Source of the DNA: Candidatus Altimarinota bacterium
GTDB lineage: Bacteria > Patescibacteriota > Gracilibacteria > UBA1369 > GCA-2718715
NCBI GenBank assembly: GCA_041242255.1
Contig: JBESAV010000001.1
Location: 736,001-800,000 of the forward strand
Length of the DNA: 64,000 nt
Direction of reading: 5' to 3'
Shown: piece by piece, positions 10,381 through 20,700 of the stretch
Layout of the letters: every line of letters begins with the position of its first letter
Position numbering within the stretch: the first letter of the stretch is position 1
Translations under genes and position numbers: made by a program
The notes under the pieces: model-generated
Told to the model about the DNA's origin: nothing
Seen by the model: only the letters and a program-made list of their open reading frames with translations
Database searches by the model: none

Positions 10381-12121
10381 GAGTATTCAGGTTAGATTCA
10401 ATAAATTCCACAACTTCATCTAAATAAAATGGTCTACCATCATATTTAAGTAATCTACTAGCAAAAACATCTCTTTTAAATTCAGACTCTATACTCTTAC
10501 CAAATTGTCCAGCTCTATTACCTTCAACAAGTAAGACAGATTTCCCAGACTGGTAAACTTCAGTAAGCTTATCCAGTTTCAAAGGATACAAGTATTTATA
10601 ATGTAAATAACCAACTCTTACACCAGATTTATCTAAAACTTTCACAACATCATCCATAACTAATTTTGTACTTCCGAACCCTACAACATATACATCCGCA
10701 TCCTCCTCACCAAAAAGTTCAGGTTCAGGTAGTTCTTTTACTAAATATTCAACCTTCCTTGCTCTTTTATCTATCATCAACTCAGATTTTTTTGCATCCT
10801 CAGTTAATCGACCATCAATAAAATGCTCATCTCCATTTGCATAGTAGGGAACACTATTGCTTGCAGGAATCCATCTAGGCGAAACTCCGTTTTCACTTAA
10901 ACCATATCTCATCTGAGAAACAAGATCCTCAGAACTAGAAGTTAAATTCCTATCAATTTCTATCTGTTCAAAATCAGACTTCAAGACCAACTTCTTACTA
11001 TCAGCGATAAACTTTTCACTCATTACAAGTACTGGAATTTGCCACTTTTCAGCTAGATTAAACGCATCTTGAATAACTGCAGCACCATCATCAGCAGAGG
11101 ATACTGACATTACTACTCTAGAATATTCACCATGCCCAGCATTCGTCAATAAATCTAAATCTGCCTGTGCAGTCCAAGTAGGAAGTCCTGTAGCTGGACC
11201 AGGCCTTTGCACGTCAACTAACACAAGTGGAACCTCAATCATTGCTGCTAGAGACAAGGATTCAGTCATTAAATCAAAACCACCACCTGAAGTAGCAGTC
11301 ATTGCTCTAGTACCAGCATAAGAAGAACCAATATTTAATTGAACTGCAGTTATCTCGTCTTCAGCCTGTTTAACCATCATGTTAGTTTGAGGTGACCAAT
11401 CAGCTAAGTAAGTAAGTATCGAACTTGATGGACTCATAGGATAGGCATAGTAAGTTTTACAATCAGCTAATACAGCACCTAATGCAACAGACTTATTACC
11501 ATCCATTAGAGTATATTCATCAAGATTCGACTCATTAAAGTTCTCAAAAATCTTCTTTAACTTGTCTACAGATTTCACATCATCATATCCTGCCCTTAAA
11601 GCTAACAAATCAATCTCCAAAAGCTTTGGTTTACTAGCGAATTTCCTTTTCACAGCTGATTCAACCAACCCGTAGTCAAGACCAAGCAACTTCCACAAAG
11701 ATCCAATCAAAACAACGTTAGTCATCAACACATTTCCACCCACACTTTTAGCAAGTTTTCTTGATTCAATATCGTAAACCTTAACGTCTCGCTTCAACAA
11801 ATCTTTAGTCATATCAGCAATACCACTCAATCGTTCATACCCATGAACAAGATAGCCTCCCTCAACTATTCTTTCATTAAATTCCTGCATACCTTGTTTA
11901 TCCAGCCCCAACATCAAATCACAACTTTCGTTATAACTACTGACCATTTCATCAGAAAAGACCAAGCTAAAACATGAGTATCCACCTTTAATTAAAGAAG
12001 GAAACTCGCGATCTGCAAAAACAAAGTAACCAGCTTCCATTAAAGCATCAACTAAAATCTCACCAGTACTAAGGAGACCGGAGCCACTCTCTCCAACTAT
12101 ATTTATTTGATATCTATTCAT
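10370..12121 (-). CDS. 2-oxoacid:acceptor oxidoreductase alpha subunit (gamma-alpha fusion)
   Basis: GESGSGL, YAYPMSPSS, QAEDEI, TATSGGGFDLMTE and QRPGPATGLPT motifs. Confidence 0.95.
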   Translation of the reverse strand: MNRYQINIVGESGSGLLSTGEILVDALMEAGYFVFADREFPSLIKGGYSCFSLVFSDEMVSSYNESCDLMLGLDKQGMQEFNERIVEGGYLVHGYERLSGIADMTKDLLKRDVKVYDIESRKLAKSVGGNVLMTNVVLIGSLWKLLGLDYGLVESAVKRKFASKPKLLEIDLLALRAGYDDVKSVDKLKKIFENFNESNLDEYTLMDGNKSVALGAVLADCKTYYAYPMSPSSSILTYLADWSPQTNMMVKQAEDEITAVQLNIGSSYAGTRAMTATSGGGFDLMTESLSLAAMIEVPLVLVDVQRPGPATGLPTWTAQADLDLLTNAGHGEYSRVVMSVSSADDGAAVIQDAFNLAEKWQIPVLVMSEKFIADSKKLVLKSDFEQIEIDRNLTSSSEDLVSQMRYGLSENGVSPRWIPASNSVPYYANGDEHFIDGRLTEDAKKSELMIDKRARKVEYLVKELPEPELFGEEDADVYVVGFGSTKLVMDDVVKVLDKSGVRVGYLHYKYLYPLKLDKLTEVYQSGKSVLLVEGNRAGQFGKSIESEFKRDVFASRLLKYDGRPFYLDEVVEFIESNLNTHGK

Positions 12122-12566
12122 CCAATTTACTTAAAATTTTATCACTAAACTCTTTTAAATTTTTCTCAAAGTCCTTGTAAACACATCCACCAATCTTTAA
12201 AACTTCAACAACCTCACCACCATTATCATCCACAAAACCTTCTAAAATCTTCGCAGATTCCATAAAATAATCTGAATCGTATTTCTTATCTCCAAGACCA
12301 ATCACAGCAAACTTTTTATCCTTAATTTCAAAGGAACATTTTTTGTAACTAGAAATAAATCTACCCATGTATTTTTCAAGTTGACCATGTCCATAAGTAG
12401 GGGATGCTAAAACGTATAATTTAGATTCACCTAATGAATCAAAATTAGAAACTTTTGCCTTGTGAACAACTACGGAACCACCCGCGCCTTCCAAGTAATC
12501 CTTAATAGCATTCACAACTAACTCTGTATTCCCTCCACCTGATCCGTAAACTATTTCAATCATCAC
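12114..12566 (-). CDS. Flavodoxin
   Basis: IVYGSGGGNTE (FMN-phosphate loop), ASPTYGHG and AVIGLGD. First gene of the oxidoreductase operon. Confidence 0.9.
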   Translation of the reverse strand: MMIEIVYGSGGGNTELVVNAIKDYLEGAGGSVVVHKAKVSNFDSLGESKLYVLASPTYGHGQLEKYMGRFISSYKKCSFEIKDKKFAVIGLGDKKYDSDYFMESAKILEGFVDDNGGEVVEVLKIGGCVYKDFEKNLKEFSDKILSKLDE

Positions 12567-12620
12567 AAAATTTATATAAATACCTTACAACATTCACACA
12601 TTTTTATAAGATAACTCAAT

Positions 12621-12648
12621 TTGACAAAAACTAAAAACAACCTAGAAT
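12621..12648 (+). promoter_or_regulatory. Sigma70-type promoter of rlmN
   Basis: TTGACA, 16-nt spacer, TAGAAT, ending 20 nt upstream of the ATG. Confidence 0.6.
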
Positions 12649-12668
12649 AACGATATATAAAATCTCAA

Positions 12669-13715
12669 ATGCAAAACAGAGAAGCTCAGATCAAAGACCT
12701 CTTCCCAAACCAACCAGACTACAGGTACAAACAAATAATAACTCAACTATTCCAAGTTGATAACAAAACATGGAATGACTTCACAAACCTTCCTTTAGAG
12801 ATGAGAGATGAACTCACCCACAAAATACCGTTTTTTACAGTCCATGAAGATCTAGTACAAGTAAGCCAAAGGAAAGATACATATAAGGCTAAACTTAAAG
12901 TTGATAACGGTGAAAGTCCCGCTTTCATAGAAAGTGTCCTCATGTTAAACCCAAGAAACCAGTGGACAATCTGTGTATCCTCACAAATTGGTTGTGCTAT
13001 GGCATGTTCTTTTTGTGCCACAGGAAAAATGGGACTAAGCCGAAACCTAACAGATGATGAAATTATTGATCAATTTAGGTTTTGGCAACATTTCTTGATT
13101 AAGAATCCAGAAATACCACAAAGAATTTCAAATATTGTTTTTATGGGAATGGGTGAACCACTAGCCAACTACAATAACGTAAAATCAGCTATCAACTCTA
13201 TACTAACTCATACAGACTTGGGACATACCAAGATAACTGTATCAACCGTTGGTGTTATACCAAGCTTAAAAAGAATTCTAACTGATCCAGAGTGGCCAGA
13301 TGTGAGAATTGCACTCTCACTACATAGTGCCGACAAACAAACCAGAGAAGATATTGTACCTACATCCTTCAAGACCTTTTTAGAAGATATCAGAGAGTGG
13401 GCACGAGAATACCTTCAAAAATTTGGTAATAGAAAACACCATCTTACCTTCGAATACGTTATGCTTAAGACTGTCAATGATACTCGAGAACATGCAACCA
13501 AACTTGCTAATTTCGTAAAATCAATTGGAAATGTAAAAGTAAATCTAATACCATACAATTTCATTGGAATGGAATTCCAAAGCACAACACCAGCTCACAT
13601 GACAAAGTTTAAAGACTATTTAACTGATCATGGAGTTACTACAACTATACGTAAAACCATGGGAGAAGACATTGATGCCGCATGTGGACAACTTATAACT
13701 AAAAACAAATCATGA
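12669..13715 (+). CDS. rlmN: 23S rRNA/tRNA C2-adenosine methyltransferase RlmN (radical SAM)
   Basis: CVSSQIGCAMACSFCATG, VFMGMGEPL, VNLIPYN and DIDAACGQL motifs. Confidence 0.95.
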   Translation: MQNREAQIKDLFPNQPDYRYKQIITQLFQVDNKTWNDFTNLPLEMRDELTHKIPFFTVHEDLVQVSQRKDTYKAKLKVDNGESPAFIESVLMLNPRNQWTICVSSQIGCAMACSFCATGKMGLSRNLTDDEIIDQFRFWQHFLIKNPEIPQRISNIVFMGMGEPLANYNNVKSAINSILTHTDLGHTKITVSTVGVIPSLKRILTDPEWPDVRIALSLHSADKQTREDIVPTSFKTFLEDIREWAREYLQKFGNRKHHLTFEYVMLKTVNDTREHATKLANFVKSIGNVKVNLIPYNFIGMEFQSTTPAHMTKFKDYLTDHGVTTTIRKTMGEDIDAACGQLITKNKS

Positions 13716-14446
13716 AAAAAACACTAATTATAACTATCATAGCATTACTTCTATCAGGTTGCTTCGAAAGTCCTGAACCAGCTATCCAAGAAACAAACAC
13801 AGAAGATCCTGCACCAGTAAATCAAGATAATACTCAATCAGAAACACAAACATCAACTCCAGTAGCCTCATATATAAAACTAGATGTACCATTCACATCT
13901 CAAGCTCCACATTCAAACTGGGACGATCCCTACCAAGAAGCTTGTGAAGAAGCTTCACTGATCATGGCTTATGATTTTTACCAAGGTAAAACCTCATATA
14001 CTAAAGAAGAGGCAGACCAAAGAATACTTGAGTTAGTATCCTACCAAAACAATAATGGATACGGAGAAGATGTAACATTAAAGGAACTTCAAGAAATTAC
14101 ACTAGACTTCTACTCTATGCAGTCAAAAATTCTTGAACAAGAAAACATTAACTTAGAATCCTTCAAACAAGAGCTTAATGAAGGCAATCCAATCATAATA
14201 CCAGCAGCAGGACAAAAACTAGGTAATCCAAACTTCAGTGGAGATGGCCCTCCATTTCATATGCTAGTGGTAATAGGTTATGATGAAAGCTCACAAACAT
14301 TTATCACCCATGACCCTGGTACAAGAAATGGTAAAGACTACGAATATTCATACCAAACAATCCTTACTTCAATCAGAGATTGGACTGGATCAAAAGATAC
14401 TATAGAACAGGGGACACCTAGAGCAATGGTACTCACACCACAATAA
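13712..14446 (+). CDS. Lipoprotein with C39-like (papain-fold) peptidase domain
   Basis: Lipobox LLSGC. VPFTSQAP, QEACEEAS (Cys), FHMLVVIGYD (His) and THDPG motifs. Confidence 0.8.
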   Translation: MKKTLIITIIALLLSGCFESPEPAIQETNTEDPAPVNQDNTQSETQTSTPVASYIKLDVPFTSQAPHSNWDDPYQEACEEASLIMAYDFYQGKTSYTKEEADQRILELVSYQNNNGYGEDVTLKELQEITLDFYSMQSKILEQENINLESFKQELNEGNPIIIPAAGQKLGNPNFSGDGPPFHMLVVIGYDESSQTFITHDPGTRNGKDYEYSYQTILTSIRDWTGSKDTIEQGTPRAMVLTPQ

Positions 14447-14521
14447 ACACTTATAGTGACCCCAACATATGCAAGAAGGTTAAATTAAATATAAAATACT
14501 TTTGATTTAACCCTTTTAACT

Positions 14522-14899
14522 ATGAAAAAACTAAGCATATTCATAATCGGACTACTGCTAGGTATTTCCACTACAGGAGTAGCAGCTTACTCGATCTTCT
14601 CAGATGTAGACCCAAACGCTTACTATGCAGATGCAATCAATAATGTCTTCTACAAAGGACTCATAACTGGTTACGATAACTACAATTTTGGACCAGAAGA
14701 TCCTTTATCTAGAGGGCAAATGGCTGTAATCATGGAAAGATTTGACGAACACGTGGCAAACACCTTAGAAGATCAATACGGACTCACTTACACTTGTCCA
14801 CAAACAGTTCCTCTCAATTGCACAGGCAACGAAGAACTAGGATCAGGTTGTAAAAACCAAGATTACATCAACTGGGTCGCAAACAACTGCTCAGAATAA
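14522..14899 (+). CDS. Small secreted S-layer-homology (SLH) domain protein
   Basis: Signal peptide, then FSDVDPNAYYADAI, GLITGY and FGPEDPLSRGQMA. Four-Cys tail. Confidence 0.8.
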   Translation: MKKLSIFIIGLLLGISTTGVAAYSIFSDVDPNAYYADAINNVFYKGLITGYDNYNFGPEDPLSRGQMAVIMERFDEHVANTLEDQYGLTYTCPQTVPLNCTGNEELGSGCKNQDYINWVANNCSE

Positions 14900-14909
14900 T
14901 AAAAAACTT

Positions 14910-14935
14910 AAACCACTCCCTCGAGTGGTTTTTTT
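14910..14935 (+). terminator. Intrinsic terminator
   Basis: AAACCACTC-cctc-GAGTGGTTT plus T-tract. Confidence 0.75.
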
Positions 14936-15021
14936 ATACTATTTCTCAAGCATAGTTATTTAAACTCAATAATATCTAGCACATGACAAACAAAAAAGAC
15001 CCAATAAATGGATCTAACTTG

Positions 15022-15096
15022 TGGCTCCTGGGGTCGGATTCGAACCGACGACCAATTGGTTAACAGCCAACTGCTCTACCACTGAGCTACCCAGGA
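15022..15096 (-). tRNA. tRNA-Asn (GTT)
   Basis: TCCTGGGTAGCTCAGTGGTAGAGCAGTTGGCTGTTAACCAATTGGTCGTCGGTTCGAATCCGACCCCAGGAGCCA folds as a full cloverleaf, with U1-A72 and encoded CCA. Confidence 0.97.
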
Positions 15097-16259
15097 TTGT
15101 ATTCCAGTTTATAAATCTGACGATGTACAAACTGATCTTCTCTACCATATACAAATGATATCTTATCTTTATTACCACGCAGTAATTTAGCAGGCAACAA
15201 AGTGGACACAATATAACCAAGCTCTTCAACTTTTTCAACTATTTTTTTCATATATATTTCTCTACCTCTACTTTGCACATTAAATACTGGCAAACAAAGT
15301 ACAACATTAAAACTATCATCTGCCTTAACTTCACTTAAATTAGATAAAAAATCCATCATTAACTTTTCTATTTGTCTAGATTCTTTAACCATATCTTCAT
15401 AATCCTCATGACCTCTTTTAGGTTCACCCAGATAACCTTCAGTTACAAAGAGGTTAACATTCTCAACCTCATTTGACTTCAACCCCCTAGCATCAGCTTT
15501 GAAGACATCAACTTTTTTATCAAACACATACTCAAAGTTACTTGAAGTTCCTTTAACGTTAACCTCTTGTATATCACTACCTCTAACAGCATAACCCATC
15601 AATGTGGCTTCTATCAAAACAGTTCCGGTACCACAGAAAGGATCCATCACAACCTTTGTATCCTCTTCCAAACCAATATTAATCATTGCTTGCGACAACT
15701 TTGGTGGCAACATACCCAGTACAGGGTCTCTATATGGCTTACCTGCATCGCGCTCAGAGTATTTATTGATATCTTGTACAGCAACCATCTTCAACAAGAA
15801 GTACTCAGATCTAAACTTTAAAGCTTTTAAGGCAATACATTCATTTGGCCATCCATCCCCCCATATTGCAGCAGTACTCCAATTAGTTCTAAATTTAACC
15901 TTAATATTTTCTTTCGACATCAATTTTTTAGATTCAGTTAAAACCTTTCTTATATCTTTAAAATGTAAATAATTACTTTCAAAGAATATATGACCTTTTC
16001 CATAAATAGTTTCACGAGCAATATCCAAAAACTTCTCAATAGCTTTATCCCTACTTATCTTTTCTTTAGCTACACTTTCAATTTCATAAACAGAAACAAT
16101 CGATCCAACCTTATCAATCCATTCTTGATCAAGAACTTCATTTGTTTCTACATATATATACCTTCCACTAAGATACTTCAAAGATTCCTCACCCAATACA
16201 GATTTCATTTCAGCCAAAGCCAAGTCTTCAAATTTACCTATCTCTAAAATATATTTCAT
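15087..16259 (-). CDS. Trm11/TrmG10-like (UPF0020) RNA methyltransferase
   Basis: GMLPPKLSQAMINIG, VMDPFCGTGTVLIEA and GSDI motifs after an N-terminal THUMP-like region. The stop codon lies inside tRNA-Asn. Confidence 0.75.
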   Translation of the reverse strand: MKYILEIGKFEDLALAEMKSVLGEESLKYLSGRYIYVETNEVLDQEWIDKVGSIVSVYEIESVAKEKISRDKAIEKFLDIARETIYGKGHIFFESNYLHFKDIRKVLTESKKLMSKENIKVKFRTNWSTAAIWGDGWPNECIALKALKFRSEYFLLKMVAVQDINKYSERDAGKPYRDPVLGMLPPKLSQAMINIGLEEDTKVVMDPFCGTGTVLIEATLMGYAVRGSDIQEVNVKGTSSNFEYVFDKKVDVFKADARGLKSNEVENVNLFVTEGYLGEPKRGHEDYEDMVKESRQIEKLMMDFLSNLSEVKADDSFNVVLCLPVFNVQSRGREIYMKKIVEKVEELGYIVSTLLPAKLLRGNKDKISFVYGREDQFVHRQIYKLEYNPG

Positions 16260-16401
16260 GAATTACTCAAAATCATTAATTACATCCGTGATACTATCAC
16301 ATATTTTATCAATAATACTAGGCCTAATCATTGGCTACATAGAAATAAGGATACACTACAAACCTAACATTCCTCAAATTACCTTAGAGCCAGAAATATA
16401 A
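16258..16401 (+). CDS. Possible 47-aa small membrane protein
   Basis: MNYSKSLITSVILSHILSIILGLIIGYIEIRIHYKPNIPQITLEPEI. It fills the gap before ssb and is below the ORF-track cutoff. Confidence 0.3.
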   Translation: MNYSKSLITSVILSHILSIILGLIIGYIEIRIHYKPNIPQITLEPEI

Positions 16402-16461
16402 TCCACTTGAACATACAACCCATAAAACATAATATCACCTTAACAATTAACAAAATACATC

Positions 16462-16929
16462 ATGGCAATGTCACTAAACCAAGCCCAAATAATTGGAAAC
16501 CTAACAAAAGAACCAGACGTTAGACAAACTCCAAACGGTAGCACAGTAGCAACATTTACAGTAGCAACTAACTACACTTGGAAAGATTCAAACGGACAAA
16601 AACAAGAAAAAGCAGAATTCCACAACGTAGTCGCTTGGGGGAAACTTGCTGAAATATGCCAAAATTACCTCAACAAAGGTCAAAAGGTATACATCCAAGG
16701 AAGACTTCAAACACGTGATTGGGAAGCTGAAGATGGATCTAGAAGATATAAAACTGAAATCATTGCTGATAACATGATAATGCTTTCAAGCAGTTCACAA
16801 AGCTCATCTCAAGGCTCTTACAACAATCAACAACAAGAACCTGCTAAAGCAGCTGTAGCACCAGACTCTGGAAACGCTGATTTTTCAAACAACGATGATG
16901 AAATAAGTATAGATGACCTACCATTCTAA
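16462..16929 (+). CDS. ssb: Single-stranded DNA-binding protein
   Basis: LNQAQIIGNL, FHNVVAWGKLAE and acidic C-terminal DDLPF. Confidence 0.98.
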   Translation: MAMSLNQAQIIGNLTKEPDVRQTPNGSTVATFTVATNYTWKDSNGQKQEKAEFHNVVAWGKLAEICQNYLNKGQKVYIQGRLQTRDWEAEDGSRRYKTEIIADNMIMLSSSSQSSSQGSYNNQQQEPAKAAVAPDSGNADFSNNDDEISIDDLPF

Positions 16930-16931
16930 AT

Positions 16932-17105
16932 AAAAAAAGCGATGAGATAGAGAGTAACCCCGGAAGACGACTTAGCTAGTAACTAGACCAGCAAGGTGTC
17001 GCCACTACCGCCTGTACTTGAAATGCAACAGTCGAAACCATTACACCCAGGCCTTAAGACAGCTCCAGGATTACCCTTCATCTCACCACTTTTTCTAAAG
17101 ATCAC
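16932..17105 (-). ncRNA. Structured ncRNA of about 160-170 nt, 6S RNA-like rod; family not confirmed
   Basis: GC-enriched intergenic island. 17064-17094 pairs with 16934-16964, with G-U pairs valid on the minus strand. It has internal stems, an upstream promoter and a terminal U-tract. Confidence 0.65.
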
Positions 17106-17111
17106 ATTTTA

Positions 17112-17139
17112 ATTATAACAAAAACATAACTTTAGTCAA
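17112..17139 (-). promoter_or_regulatory. Strong sigma70 promoter for the ncRNA
   Basis: Minus strand TTGACT, 16-nt spacer, TATAAT with an extended -10 (TGt). Confidence 0.7.
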
Positions 17140-17144
17140 CCTAA

Positions 17145-17717
17145 ATGAGTCAAAAGCAAAACTATTTTTACATGATTATTGGTCCATCAGGTGTTGGGAA
17201 AGGATCAATCATTAAAAATCTTAAAACAATACCAAACACGCACTTTCCAGTTAGTTATACAACCAGGGATCCCAGAGTAGGTGAGCAAGATGGACAAACA
17301 TACCATTTTATATCTCAAGAAGAATTTGAAAATAAAATAGAAAAAAATGAATTCTTAGAGTACGCCTTAGTCCACAAAAAAGCTTATTATGGTACTGACA
17401 AAGCATCAATTTTAGAAGCCCTTGATCAAGGAAAAAACGTAATAAGAGAAATAGACTTTCAAGGCTATGAGTCTGTCAAAAAATTACTGGAACCCAATCA
17501 ATACAAATCAATATATATTACTGCCGGTGACTGGGAGACTCTCAAAGAAAGAATCACATCAAGAAGTCCTATATCAGACGATGAACTAAACAAAAGAAAA
17601 GATAGCTTTATGATCGAACAAAAATATAAAGATGAAGCAGATTACGTAATCACAAACAAGAACGGACAACTCGAGAATGCAGTTCAAGAAATTACAGAAA
17701 TTATCCAAAAAGGCTAA
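17145..17717 (+). CDS. gmk: Guanylate kinase
   Basis: IGPSGVGKGS, SYTTRDPRVGEQDG, FLEYA and YYGT motifs. Confidence 0.96.
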   Translation: MSQKQNYFYMIIGPSGVGKGSIIKNLKTIPNTHFPVSYTTRDPRVGEQDGQTYHFISQEEFENKIEKNEFLEYALVHKKAYYGTDKASILEALDQGKNVIREIDFQGYESVKKLLEPNQYKSIYITAGDWETLKERITSRSPISDDELNKRKDSFMIEQKYKDEADYVITNKNGQLENAVQEITEIIQKG

Positions 17718-17718
17718 A

Positions 17719-17747
17719 TTGACGTATTTACATAAAAAAACTATTAT
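17719..17747 (+). promoter_or_regulatory. Sigma70-type promoter of the ileS operon
   Basis: TTGACG, 17-nt spacer, TATTAT. Confidence 0.55.
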
Positions 17748-17769
17748 CCAGACATCTTAATAAAAAACT

Positions 17770-20700
17770 ATGTTTGATCCAGTTGATAATAAAAAATCTC
17801 TCCCAGACCTAGAAAGAGAGCTTGTTAAACATTGGCAAGATAAAAATATTTTCAAAAAGTCTATCCAAAAAAATAAAGACAATCCTAAATTTACATTTTT
17901 TGATGGGCCTCCTTTTGCTAACGGACTACCTCATTATGGACATCTTTTAGCAATGTCATTAAAAGATGCAGTTACAAGATATCAAACCATGAAAGGTAAA
18001 TACGTCCCTCGTACAAACGGATGGGATTGTCATGGACTACCAGTAGAATACGAAATCGAAAAAGAAACAGGTATAACAGGACAAAAAGCTATTAAGGAAC
18101 ATGGAATAGATAAATTCAACCAACTTTGCCGTGAAAGCGTATTTAAATATACAAACCAATGGGAAGAAATGTTCCACAGAATAGCAAGATGGGTAGATGA
18201 GGATGACTCGTATGCCACCTTAGACAACAACTACATGGAATCAATTTGGTGGGTTTTCAAGCAAATCTGGGACAAAGGTTTAGTTTATGAAGGGTATAGA
18301 CCAATGCACATTTCACCACTACTAGAAACTCCACTTTCAAACTTCGAAGTATCCTTAGCTTACAAAGACGTAACTGACCTATCTGTTATTGCAAAATTCA
18401 AGCTTACAAAAGAATCATTACAAAAAATTTCTATTGAAGACAAAGAAGTCTACATCTTGGCCTGGACTACTACCCCTTGGACTTTACCTGGAAACGTTGC
18501 TTTAGCATTTGGAGAAGATATCGATTATGTATTAGTAAAACATGATGAAACTTTTTATATCTTAGCCAAGGAACTAATCCAAGCCAACTTCGGTGAAGAT
18601 GAAGTAGAAATCGTCCAAGACATAAATCCTAAAGACCTTGAAGATTCAACTTATGAGCCATTATTCGATTACTATAAACAATCAGATCTAGAAGGTAAAT
18701 ACTGCACAATCCAAATTGCAGATTTCGTAACCACAGACTCTGGTACAGGAATTGTTCATATTGCAACCATGTTTGGTGAGGACGACTTCAATCTTGGAGA
18801 AGAGAAAGGACTAGCTAGAATACAACACGTAGGAATGGACGGTAAATTTTTTGATAATATCAAGGGATACGAAGGTAAATTTGTAAAAGGACAAGATCTC
18901 AACATTGCACATGAACTTGAAGAAAGAGGACTACTTTTCAAAAAAGAAAACTATCGTCATAGCTACCCACATTGCTGGAGAACTGACGGGCCACTACTTA
19001 ACTACACTACCAAATCCCTTTTCATAAAAGTGACCGATGTCAAAGAACGATTAATAGAAAACAATAAGGAAATCAACTGGCAACCAGATCACATTAAAGA
19101 AGGTAGATTTGGTAAATGGCTAGAAGGTGCCAGAGATTGGTCTATATCTAGAAATAGATTCTGGGGTTGTCCAATTCCAGTTTGGGAATCAACCACAACA
19201 GGTGAAAAAATATGTATAGGATCCATAGAAGAGCTTAAAAAGCTATCTAAAGGTAAACTCCCATTAGACAAGGAAGGAAACTTAGATCTACACAAACCCT
19301 ACATTGACGACATAGTATTATACTCACCTACAGATGGATCAGAGATGCACAGAATACCTGATGTATTCGACTGTTGGTTTGAAAGTGGATCTATGCCTTA
19401 TGCCCAATTACACTACCCATTCGAAAACAAAGAGTTATTCGAAAATAATTTCCCAGCAGATTTCATAGCCGAAGGACAAGATCAAACTAGAGGTTGGTTC
19501 TACACGCTGCACGTTCTATCAACAATATTGTTTGATAAACCAGCTTTCAAAAACGTGATTTGTACTGGAATGCTACTCGCAAAAGACGGTCAAAAACTAT
19601 CCAAGAGTAAAAGAAACTACCCTGAACCATCTGTACTTTTTGAAGAGAAAGGTGTGGATGCCTTGAGACTTTTCTTATATCAATCAAATGTACCGCTTGC
19701 AGAAAGTACGAGATTTTCAGATGACCATGTAGACGAAATAATGAAGAAGTTCAGCCTAACTTTCTGGAACACATATTCATTCTTTATCACATACGCAAAC
19801 ATAGACAACTTCACTAAAGATAATGTTGACCTTTCAAACTTAAATCAATTCCATGAACTAGACAGGTTTATTATCTCTAAGTTAAACTCACTGATCAAAG
19901 AGGTGACAGAAAACATGGACGCTTACAACTTCCCTAAAGCTACTCGACCTATTATAGAATTCATGGATACTCTATCAAATTGGTATATTAGAAGAAGTAG
20001 GAGAAGATTCTGGAAAACTGTAAACGACACAGACAAATTCCAAGCATTCAGCACTTTATACTATGTACTAGAAAACTTAGCTAGATTATCAGCACCATTT
20101 ACACCTTTCATTTCTGAATCTGTTTACCAAAACCTTACAAAAGAGGAGTCAGTTCACTTAGCAAACTGGCCAAAATACGATGGAGCATTGATTGATTCAG
20201 ACCTAATCCAAAAAATGGATTTAGCAAGAAGCATCATTAATTCAGGACATGCTCTAAGAAGCCAAGCTAATATCAAAGTTAGACAACCTTTATCTAAAGT
20301 TGAAGTTGCAATACCCCAAAAAGAACTCCAAGAACAAGTCGAAGAACTTAAGGAAGTAATCAAAGACGAATTAAACGTAAAAAACATTTCAATAATTGAT
20401 TCCGCTGAAGACTTTGTAAACAAAACAGTAAAACCAAATGCCAAAAAACTAGGACCAACCCTTGGACATAAAATGAAAGAAATAATTAACGCTTCACGAA
20501 ATAATGAATTTGAAATAAAAGGAGAACAAATAGAAATCGCAGGAGAAACTCTAGAACTAGAAGGCAACTTTGAAATCCAGTTCGAAGCTAAAGAGGGAAC
20601 ACTAGCAGAAAGTCAGAATGGAATTGCAACAATCCTTCACACTGAACTTTCAGAAGAACTAATTCAAGAAGGAATAGTTCGAGATATAATCAGACAAATT

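Noticed and set aside
15014-15238. 74-aa ORF across tRNA-Asn
   Set aside because: It is a translation of the tRNA sequence and of another frame of the methyltransferase gene.
17031-17049. tmRNA (one-piece or permuted), suggested by GGGTGTAATGGTTTCGAC
   Set aside because: There is no T-arm or acceptor 3' end with CCA, no tag reading frame, and the region is too short.
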